Positions 38,101 to 50,100 of a stretch of 64,000 bases of DNA are shown here, piece after piece. A program made the position numbers and the translations under genes. The stretch comes from Haliotis rubra. Lineage: Eukaryota. Position 1 is the first letter of the stretch, and each line of letters opens with the position of its first letter. The stretch spans positions 310,001-374,000 of the forward strand of contig NW_025767202.1 of the NCBI RefSeq assembly GCF_003918875.1, written 5' to 3'. The notes below the pieces were generated by a model, which saw only the letters and a list, made by a program, of their open reading frames with translations, did not search any database and was not told the origin of the DNA.

Positions 38101-41100
38101 GTCAGTTGTGTAAATGGGATGCCATTGGAAGGGCAGGACATGCTTACCCATTGCTAGGTCAGTTGTGTTAATGGGATGCCATTGGAAGGGCAGGACATGC
38201 TTACCCATTGCTAGGTCAGTTGTGTAAGTGGGATGTCATTGGAAGGGCAGGACATGTTTTTCCATTTCGCGAACACCTGGTGTCATCACTGATTTTCAGC
38301 GCTCCATTCATATAATTTTCACAACTATTTTTCCCTTCACACCAAACGGAAACCAAACTATTTCTGAGAATAGTTAAGGCTGGGTATTCTCTTACACTAT
38401 ATTTGTTTAACGCCGCACTCAGCAATATCCAGCTATCATAAGGGACCATACAATATGAGGATTGATATTATGAGCAACGGTTCACGCTGTCGGGTAGCTA
38501 TGCTGCCCATCCAACCTGACATCGATTACAATCGGCATAGGATGCCTGGGATTTATTTCATTGTATTTATTACTCTCGGGGATGTTGTGCTGGAGAATAT
38601 ACCCCTGCTCTGTAACATTATTCTCACGGGTGAAGAGTCGTCTAAATCAGCGCTGTTCCCTGTACAGAGTTGCGTCCCTTAAATGTTACAGGATCTAATG
38701 ATTGGGTCATCCATGGTTATTGCACGGAATACCCTCACACATGGAACGTCTTTTGATGTGTAGGTCTATGTCAGTGTCTTCAGTTCTTTAACACTATGGT
38801 CAACTGGTGAACTGTTTACATCGCCATTAACTCATTCGTGAGAGAAATATCTCCAATTTTATTTTTCGGAGATATTTTAAAAAATAAAAATAATCTTAAC
38901 ATGAGCGCAATTTTAGGGAATCAGCTATTCACGCGATTACAAGTATTCGCTGTATCAGAGAAATATCCATCGCTGGTGTGGAAATAAATTTTAAATAGCA
39001 GATTTTGGCCACAATGTGAAAACAGTCATGTACAATCTATATTCACTCTTTTCACAAGTTCCTATCACCATAGATACGACGAAATATCCATCGCTCGTGT
39101 GGTAATAAAGTTTAAAAAGCAGATTTTGGCCACAATGTGAAAACAGCCATGTACAACTTATATCCACTATTTTCATCATAGATACGACGATGTCGATAAT
39201 GACAACGATGGCAGCCACCCCGACCACCACAGCAGCCATTCAGGGTTCACTCATGATATCTACAACCAGATTCCGGACGACATCCTCGGGGATGCTCTCT
39301 GTGTCGTCTTCAACGCCCATTCTAAAGTCCGTCTTAAAGCCGTTGACCGCATCTATGAACGATATGGGTCAAATAAGAGTATCGATGTCACATCGGTTAT
39401 ACAACGGCTAATGCAGTCCGACTTCATGAGAGGTCTTGTCCGTCTACGAAAACAAGGTTAAACCCCTTTTACATCCATTCAATGTTTCATTTGAATACTA
39501 ATTGAAGTTTGTTTTGATTTTGAAGGAAATATCTACGAACATAATGTCACAGCTCTCAATGTTGAAATCCAGTCTTGTTTTCACAGGTCTATGAAGGGAA
39601 CAGAATCAAATACGATTATTGTGTGTGTCAGTAGCCGAAGCAATAGCCGTAGCTACAGTCTCAGCAGTCGCAGTAGCAGTACATGTATCAATTACTATCA
39701 TTAGTAGTAGCTATAGTTGTTGTTATTATTGTTGTTGTTGAGCTTGATGATGTTGACGTTGTTGTTGTTGTTACAATCCATATCATTCCTATAATCACAG
39801 CTTTCAGAGACATGTCCCATGCTGGACAGGCTAAGTTCTGCACTCTACTACGACACATGCCCGACACATACAACACCTGTGGCTTCCACAACCTCATCAA
39901 GGTGATGGTCGGCCAGTGCGTCCCCACACCCCAATCCTCCCAGGCGCCCCTGCCTGCAACACCAGTGACAGCTGAATCAACTACAGCAGATGCAGCAACA
40001 CCCATCACGACATCTACACGCACTCTAAGTTAGTTAAGACGTTGTTTTCCATATATACTTGTTATAATACTGTAAGATTAATACTGTCATGTCTTGATGA
40101 AACGAAGCATCTGTTGACAAGAACACAGACGTTTGTGGATAGCCTTGTTTCGGAATCGGTTGCTATGGATAAGATGTAATATTCACATGAGATTTTTGTA
40201 GCCTTTTAAGCTTGACTATGAAATAATTTGTACAGTGTATGACAAAACAGATACTTTTTTATGATGTTTATCATTCTCAAGATTGCAGGGACATAAGTTA
40301 CATCCAAAGTGTCGTCAGGACAACAAGAATTGTTGGAGGGATCACAGCACAGCAGGGCGTCTTCGACTCCTTCGCCTCCCTCAACACAGGATTCGGGATT
40401 TTTCCAACATGTGGAGCAACAATCATCGACTCCTGTACTGTTCTGACAGCTGCCCATTGTGTCTAGTAAGTGAATAATCCTTCTACATCCCATTGTGTCC
40501 AATCATTTTATCCCTGTTCTTCTGCTCATTGTCTCCAGTCGGAGCATCCATGTTGCAATTAGCCATTGTGTCCAATCATATCGTCCATGTTCTACTAACC
40601 ATTGTCTCCAGTCAGATCATCCATGTTCTACTGCTCATTGTCTCCAGTCAGGGCATCCATGTTCTACTGCTCATTGTCTCCAGTCAGAGCATCCATGTTC
40701 TACTGCTCATTGTGTCCAGTCAGACCATCCATGTTCTACTGCTCATTGTCTCCAGTCAGACCATCCATGTTCTACTGCCTATAGTGTCTAGTCAGACCAT
40801 CCATGTTCTACTGCTCATTGTGTCCAGTCAGACCATCCATGTTCTACTGCTCATTGTCTCCAGTCAGAGCATCCATGTTCTACTGCCTATTGTGTCCAGT
40901 CAGACCATCCATGTTCTACTGCTCATTGTGTCCAGTCAGACCATCCATGTTCTACTGCTCATTGTGTCCAGTCAGACCATCCATCCACGTCCTGTTCTAC
41001 TGCCTATAGTGTCTAGTCAGACCATCCATGTTCTACTGCTCATTGTCTCCAGTCAGAGCATCCATGTTCTACTGCTCATTGTCTCCAGTCAGATCATCCA

Positions 41101-44100
41101 TGTTCTACTGCCTATAGTGTCCAGTCAGACCATCCATGTTCTACTACTCATTGTCTCCAGTCAGATCATCCATGTTCTACTGCTCTATAGTGTGTCTACT
41201 GCTCAGTCAGACCATCCATGTTCTACTATCATTGTCTCCAGTCAGAGCATCCATGTTCTACTGCCTATGTGTCCAGTCAGACCATCCATGTTCTACTGCT
41301 CATTGTCTCCAGTCAGATCATCCATGTTCTACTGCCTATTGTGTCCAGTCAGACCATCCATGTTCTACTGCTCATTGTGTCCAGTCAGATCATCCATGTT
41401 CTACTGCTCATTGTGTCCAGTCAGACCATCCATGTTCTACTGCCTATTGTGTCCAGTCAGACCATCCATGTTCTACTGCCCATAGTGTCCAGTCAGACCA
41501 TCCATGTTCTACTATCCATTGTCTCCAGTCAGACCATCCATGTTCTACTGCTCATTGTGTCCAGTCAGATCATCCATGTTCTACTGCCTATTGTGTCCAG
41601 TCAGACCATCCATGTTCTACTGCTCATTGTCTCCAGTCAGACCATCCATGTTCTACTGCTCATTGTGTCCAGTCAGATCATCCATGTTCTACTGCCCATT
41701 GTGTCTCAGTCAGACCATCCATGTTCTACTGCCATTGTGTCCAGTCAGATCCATCCATGTTCTACTGCTCATTGTGTCCAGTCAGACCATCCATGTTCTA
41801 CTGCCTATTGTGTCCAGTCAGACCATCCATGTTCTACTGCCTATTGTGTCAGTCATTGACAGACATCCATGTTCTACTGCCTATTGTGTCCAGTCAGACC
41901 ATCCATGTTCTACTGCCTATTGTGTCCAGTCAGACATCCATGTTCTACTGCCTATTGTCCAGTCAGATAGTCAGATTGTGTCCATCCATGTTCTACTGCC
42001 TATTGTGTCCAGTCAGAGCATCCATGTTCTACTGCCTATTGTGTCCAGTCAGATCATCCATGTTCTACTGCTCATTGTCTCCAGTCAGACATCCATGTTC
42101 TACTGCTCATTGTGTCCAGTCAGACCATCCATGTTCTACTGCTCATTGTGTCCAGTCAGATCATCCATGTTCTACTGCCCATTGTGTCCAGTCAGACCAT
42201 CCATGTTCTACTGCTCATTGTCTCCAGTCAGATCCATGTTCTATGCCTATAGCCATTGTGTCCAGTCAGACCATCCATGTTCTACTGCTCATTGTGTCCA
42301 GTCAGATCATCCATGTTCTACTGCCATTGTGTCCAGTCAGATCATCCATGTTCTACTGCCATTGTCTCCAGTCAGACCATCCATGTTCTACTGCTCATTG
42401 TCTCCAGTCAGACCATCCATGTTCTACTGCTCATTGTGTCCAGTCAGACCATCCATGTTCTACTGCTCATTGTCTCCAGTCAGACCATCCATGTTCTACT
42501 GCTCATTGTCTCCAGTCAGAGCATCCATGTTCTACTGCCTATAGTGTCTAGTCAGACCATCCATGTTCTACTGCTCATTGTCTCCAGTCAGACCATCCAT
42601 GTTCTACTGCTCATTGTCTCCAGTCAGACCATCCATGTTCTACTGCTCATTGTGTCCAGTCAGACCATCCATGTTCTACTGCCTATTGTGTCCAGTCAGA
42701 CCATCCATGTTCTACTGCTCATTGTGTCCAGTCAGACCATCCATGTTCTACTGCTCATTGTCTCCAGTCAGATCCATCCATGTTCTACTATGCCATTGTG
42801 TCCAGTCAGACCATCCATGTTCTACTGCTCATTGTGTCCAGTCAGATCCATCCATGTTCTACTGCTCATTGTCTCCAGTCAGACCATCCATGTTCTACTG
42901 CTCATTGTGTCCAGTCAGACCATCCATGTTCTACTGCTCATTGTCTCCAGTCAGACCATCCATGTTCTACTGCTCTATCCATTGTCTCCAGTCAGAGACA
43001 TCCATGTTCTACTGCTATTGTGTCCAGTCAGAGCATCCATGTTCTACTGCCATTGTGTCCAGTCAGATCATCCATGTTCTACTGCTCATTGTCTCCAGTC
43101 ATATCATCCATGTCCTACTAGCTCATTGTCTCCAGTCAGATCATCCATGTTCTACTAGCCATTGTGTCCAGTCAGATCATCCATGTTCTACTGCTCATTG
43201 TCTCCAGTCAGACCATCCATGTTCTACTGCCATTGTGTCCAGTCAGACCATCCATGTTCTACTAGCTCATTGTGTCCAGTCAGATCCATCCATGTTCTAC
43301 TATCCATTGTGTCCAGTCAGATCATCCATGTTCTACTAGCCATTGTGTCCAGTCAGATCATCCATGTTCTACTATCCATTGTGTCCAGTCAGAGCATCCA
43401 TGTTCTACTGCTCATTGTGTCCAGTCAGAGCATCCATGTTCTACTATCATTGTCTCCAGTCAGCGATCCATGTTCTACTATCCATTGTGTCCAGTCAGAC
43501 CATCCACGTGCTACTAGCCATTGTGTCCAGTCAGAGCCTTCATGTCCTACTATCCATTCTGTCCAGTCAGATCATCCACGTGCTACTGCCCATAGTGTCC
43601 AATCATATCATCCGTGTCCTACTATCCATTGTGTCCAGTCAGATCATCCATGTCCTACTATCCATTGTGTCCAGTCAGATCATCCACGTCCTACTATCCA
43701 TTGTGTCCAGTCAGACCATCCACGTACTACTGTCCATTGTGTCCAGTCAGACCATCCATGTCCTACTAGCCATTGTGTCCAGTCAGATCATCCATGTCCT
43801 ACTATCCATTGTGTCCAGTCAGAGCATCCATGTCCTACTATCCATTGTGTCCAGTCAGAGCATCCATGTCCTACTATCCATTGTGTCCAGTCAGACCATC
43901 CACGTGCTACTATCCATTGTGTCCAGTCAGACCATCCACGTGCTACTGTCCATTGTGTCCAGTCAGACCATCCATGTCCTACTATCCATTGTGTCCAGTC
44001 AGATCATCCATGTCCTACTATCCATTGTGTCCAGTCAGATCATCCATGTCCTACTATCTATTGTGTCCAGTCAGAGCATCCATATCCTACTACCCATTGT

Positions 44101-47100
44101 GTCCAGTCAGATCATCCACGTGCTACTGCCCATTGTGTCCAGTCAGATCATCCATGTCCTACTATCCATTGTGTCCAGTCAGATCATCCATGTCCTACTA
44201 TCCATTGTGTCCAGTCAGATCATCCATGTCCTACTAGCCATTGTGTCCAGTCAGATCATCCACGTCCTTCTATCCATTGTGTCCAGTCAGACCATCCACG
44301 TGCTACTGTCCATTGTGTCGAGTCAGACCATCCACGTGCTACTGTCCATTGTGTCCAGTCAGAGCATCAATGTCCTACTATCCATTGTGTCCAGTCAGAG
44401 CAACCATGTCCTACTATCCATTGTGTCCAGTCAGCGAATCCATGTCCTACTATCCATTGTGTCCAGTCAGAGAATCCATGTCCTTCTATCCATTGTGTCC
44501 AGTCAGAGAATCCATGTCCTACTATCCATTGTGTCCAGTCAGATCATCCACGTCCTACCTTCCATTGTGTCCAGTCAGAGCATCCATGTCCTACTATCCA
44601 TTGTGTCCAGTCAGAGAATCCATGTCCTACTATCCTTTGTGCCCAGTCAGATCATCCACGTCCTACTATCCATTGTGTCAATTGAGCATCGATGCTCTAC
44701 TGCCCATTGTGTCGAGTCAGACCATCCATGTTCTAAAGTTAGCATATATACTTACCTGTCTGCAAAGGACAGTAAAACAACTAGATTATCACAGAAACAC
44801 ATTTAACACTAGTAATTAAATCTAAAATACTTTAACTATAAATGGGGGCGGTGGGGTAGCCTAGTGGTTTAAGCGTTGGCTCGTCACGCCGAAGACCCGG
44901 GTCCGAATCCCCACATGGGTACAATATGTGAAGCCCATTTCTGGTGTCCCCCGCCGTGATGTTGCTGGAATATTGCTAAAAGCGGCGTAACACCAAACTC
45001 AGTCAGTCAGTTAACTATAAATGACAACACAGTATAAAAACAGGCTATAGATCGCCAACAACTCATACTAGGGACCATAGGGACTTACAGTACCTTTGCT
45101 ACCTGCATGGGCCCTAGTTGGATTTACACCATTCCTTCAGCCGCTGGCGATTGTAGGAAATATGTAGCCAACTTAAAAAGAACAAAAATACTACGTTGTA
45201 AAAGTCAGGTAAGTTTAAATTTAGCTCTGAAAGATTTGGAACTTACGTACTTGCTAAAAGTGGTGTAAAGCCCAGCTCACTCACTCACTCGCCGGGGCAT
45301 GGCATGCTGAAATGAACCAAAGTGTTCAAGAAGACAATAGACATTCAGGATTCCAGTAATGCCATACAAGGGTTACCGATGACCAGAGATGCCATTGGTG
45401 GAGAGTGCCAAGTTTACTTATACGGATATCATGTTGGTACCTTCTTCGGTTATTCATGAAAAATGATCTTCGGATCCTGCTTTCCGCACGGAATTTAACA
45501 AGCCTTGTGTCCTTGGGCACATGGCAGCTTAGATGATTCAGTTCCCAAAAAAGTTCGTTCTTTGCAAAAGAAACACTGCCCTAACCCATTTTGATCTTTC
45601 CCTTTCTAGTCCACACAATGCTGCCCTGTTGAGCGTCAATGTCGGCGATCATACCAGAATACTTACAACCTCCCAGCTCCATGTCAAAAGAGTCTTTGTG
45701 CATGAAAACTATGATGCAGAAACTTCAGGTAACAATCATCACGGTCCTTGAGAAATAGAGCACACGAACTACTCGTAACTAGCACGGTTCTTGAGAAATA
45801 GAGCACACGAACTACTCGTAACAATCACGGTCCTTGAGAAATAGAGCACACGAACTACGCGTAACGAGCACGGTCCTTGAGAAATAGAGCACACGAACTA
45901 CTCGTAACAATCACGGTCCTTGAGAAATACAGCACATGAACTACGCGTAACAATCACGGTTCTTGAGAAATACAGCACACGAACTACGCGTAACAATCAC
46001 GGTCCTTGAGAAATACAGCACACGAACTACGAGTAACAATCACGGTCCTTGAGAAATACAGCACACGAACTACTCGTAACTAGCACGGTCCTTGAGAAAT
46101 AGAGCACATGAACTACGCGTAACCATCACGGTCCTTGAAAAATACAGCACACGAACTACGCGTAAGAATCACGATCCTTGAGAAATACAGCACATGAACT
46201 ATGCGTAACTATCACGGTCCTTGAGAAATACAGCACACGAACTATGCGTAACAATCACGGTACTTGAGAAATACAGCACATGAACTACGCGTAACTATCA
46301 CGGTCCTTGAGAAATACAGCACATGAACTATGCGTAACTATCACGGTCCTTGAGAAATACAGCACACGAACTATGCGTAACAATCACGGTACTTGAGAAA
46401 TACAGCACATGAACTACGCGTAACTATCACGGTCCTTGAGAAATACAGCACACGAACTACTCATAACTAGCACGGTCCTTGAGAAATAGAGCACATGAAC
46501 TAAGCGTAACAATCACGGTCCTTGAGAAGTACAGCACACGAACTATGCGTAACAATCACGGTACTTGAGAAATACAGCACATGAACTACGCGTAACTATC
46601 ACGGTCCTTGAGAAATACAGAACACGAACTACTCATGGCTAGCACGGTTCTTGAGAAATAGAGCACATGAACTACGCGTAACAATCACGGTCCTTGAGAA
46701 ATACAGCACACGAACTACGCGTAACAATCACGGTCCTTGAGAAATACAGCACACGAACTACGCGTAACAATCACGGTCCTTGAGAAATACAGCACATGAA
46801 CTACGCGTAACAATCACGGTTCTTGAGAAATACAGCACACGAACTACGCGTAACAATCACGGTACTTGAGAAATACAGCACACGAACTACGCGTAACAAT
46901 CACGGTTCTTGAGAAATAGAGCACACGAACTACGCGTAACAATCACGGTACTTGAGAAATACAGCACACGAACTACGCGTAACAATCACGGTACTTGAGA
47001 AATACAGCACACGAACTACGCGTAACAATCACGGTCCTTGAGAAATACAGCACACGAACTACGCGTAACAATCACGGTACTTGAGAAATACAGCACACGA

Positions 47101-50100
47101 ACTACGCGTAACAATCACGGTTCTTGAGAAATACAGCACACGAACTACGCGTAACAATCACGGTACTTGAGAAATACAGCACACGAACTACGCGTAACAA
47201 TCACGGTCCTTGAGAAATACAGCACACGAACTACGCGTAACAATCACGGTCCTTGAGAACTACAGCACACGAACTACGCGTAACAATCACGGTTCTTGAG
47301 AAATACAGCACACGAACTACATGTAACCATCACGGTCCTTGAGAAATACAGCACATGAACTACGCGTAACAATCATGGTACTTGAGAAATACAGCACATG
47401 AACTACACATAAACATTGATTGTCCGTGAAAACTACCATACATAACGAACAGGAACCCTCAAACTCCAGTTAACAATCACGGTCCATGGGAACTGAAACT
47501 TACTGTTACAAATCAAGGTCCATACAAGTCTAACACTCCCTGACCCCGAGAACTAACAGTCAAAGGTAGGTAATCAGTCAAAGGTAGGTAAACAGTCAAT
47601 GCCGGACAAAACGCGCATATCAATAATTGTGAGAAGTAAGACACACAAACTACAGATACAAATCATTGTCCGTGAGTCCTGAAAAACACACACTACAGGT
47701 ACAATACAAGGTCATTCAGAACAATAATACTCAACCTACAGGTAACAATCGCTGTCCACGAAATACACGAAATATTCACTGTCAGTGAGAACTACAACAC
47801 TGAAATTACACGTAAAACACAAGGTCCCTCAGAACGACAACACCCAAACTACAGGTAACAATCACGGTCCATGAACACTACGCTCAAACTACAAGTAACA
47901 ATCACGGTCCATGAACACTACGCTCAAACTACAGGTAACAATCACGGTCCATGAGCACTACGCTCAAACTACAGGTAACAATCGCGGTCCATGAGCACTA
48001 CGCTCAAACTACAGGTAACAATCACGGTCCATGAGCACTACGATCAAACTACAGGTAACAATCACGGTCCATGAACACTACGCTCAAACTACAGGTAACA
48101 ATCACGGTCCATGAGCACTACGCTCAAACTACAGGTAACAATCACGGTCCATGAGCACTACGCTCAAACTACAGGTAACAATCACGGTCCATGAGCACTA
48201 TGCTCAAACTACAGGTAACAATCACGGTCCATGAGCACTACGCTCAAACTACAGGTGCACTACAGAACACGAATTTCACGCAGCATTCATTGCACATAAC
48301 ACCAATGACAGCTATATGGCTTGGAAGCTTTTAAAAATTGTTGAACATATTTATATACATTCTTATGTATATTTAGATGCATATTTTACAGCCAATGATG
48401 TAGCGATCCTCAAGATTGACCCCATTGATTTCAACGCCATCCCCAACACCGCACCAGCCTGCCTAGCTACCGCCGACCTCCCTCTGAAAGGAACCTATTG
48501 CACATCAGTGGGAGTAGGACGCACTCGTCATGGTAATTCCATGGCATTCAGGTTCCTCACGGGCTGAACCCGTGAAGATCCGGGTTAGAATTGATCTTCA
48601 GTAACCCATGCTTGTCGTAAGAGACGACTAACGGGATTGGGTGGTCAAGCTCGCTGACACATGTCATCGCATGTTGATCACTGGATTGGCTGGTCCAGAT
48701 TCACCGCTATATGGCTGGAATATTGCTGAATGCGGCATAAAACTCGTTGTCTCGTAATGTTTGTTTGTCACGACGGACTATGCTGTTCATTGTGAATCCA
48801 GAAGTTGTATAACGCATAGTTTTGCTCTGGTAATATTGCTGAGGATCACGTTTTGATCACAGGGGCGTGTCACGCTTAGAAACAGCGTTAGAAAGACATA
48901 CAGGTATATAGACCCTACACTAGTACTATATAAAAGGAAAGGGATGTAACGACGGAACCATCCCCTCCTCAATCAAAGTTAGATTTCACCACGTAAACTA
49001 TTTTTAAGGCCCCGTCGAAGCCTACGGATCGAAAGCGAGATGATGTCCCTACAAAATAAGCTATAAATGGTCACAATCGAATCATTATTTCAAAAGTTAT
49101 ACCCCACGACTCACCGAAAACAGCTACCTCCGCAATTCCAAGCCAAAATCATGGCTCACCCAAGACAGCGAAAACTCACCTTTTAAATTCGTTTATTAAT
49201 TCCAGCTATAATCCCTTAAATGTCAAGGTCATCTATGGCCGACAAGTGAGTATGATTGCCGATGGTTTTGGAGAAAAAGCCTGCTAACTGTCGATGAATG
49301 ATTTGTAGATGTTGCAATAAGTTTTTAGACCCGTGGAATGCCGCTGCCGATCGAATCTAGCTTCTACATAGGTGCTGTCAACGTGGCTGGAAATAATAAA
49401 CGAATTTAAAAGGTGAGTTTTCGCTGTCTTGGGTGAGCCATGATTTTGGCTTGGAATTGCGGAGGTAGCTGTTTTCGGTGAGTCGTGGGGTATAACTTTT
49501 GAAATAATGATCCGATTGTGACCATTTACAGCTCATTTTGTAGGGACATCATCTCGCTTTCGATCCGTAGGCCTCGACGGGGCCTTAAAATAGTTTACGT
49601 GGTGAAATCTAACTTTGATTGAGGAGGGGATGGTTCCGTCGTTACATCCCTTTCCTTTTATATAGTACAAGGGTAGGGTCTATATACCTATATGTCTTTC
49701 TAACACTGTTTCTAAGCGTGACACGCCCCTGTGGTTTTAATGGTATATATACATACCTCATCCTACAAAGAATGATTGAAACGTCCCAATACACTTGGTA
49801 ACTCCTTCAGAGTGAGTGTGAGTGAGTGAGTGAGTGAGTTTAGTTTGACGCCACTTTTTTAGCAATATTCCAGCAATATCAGGACGGGGGGACACCTGAT
49901 ATGGGCTTCACACCTTGTACCCTTGTGGGAATCGAACACGGTTCTTCGGCGTGACGAGCGAACGCCTTAACCGCTAGGCTACCCCATCAGCCTACAGAAC
50001 CTCAATTTCATGATGAACGGACACAGACATGCAGTCACTGGCACAGTGTGTACGAAGGTCTTGATAACCTGTGTTCAGACACATCGCGACAGTAACAACG

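Noticed and set aside
35794-38208. 19-aa repeat proteins ([19 protein letters not shown])
   Set aside because: 57-bp intronic minisatellite with frame-breaking irregular units; the flanking exons join in phase without it.
40493-44819. Cys/His-rich repeat ORFs up to 507 aa
   Set aside because: 36-bp intronic array with many indels; the exon frame hits TAG at the donor.
45729-47400. CRISPR-like regular repeats
   Set aside because: Head-to-tail units with no unique spacers, no cas genes, eukaryotic context.
48787-49801. Twin ORFs [12 protein letters not shown] on opposite strands
   Set aside because: A consequence of the inverted arms of the foldback element.
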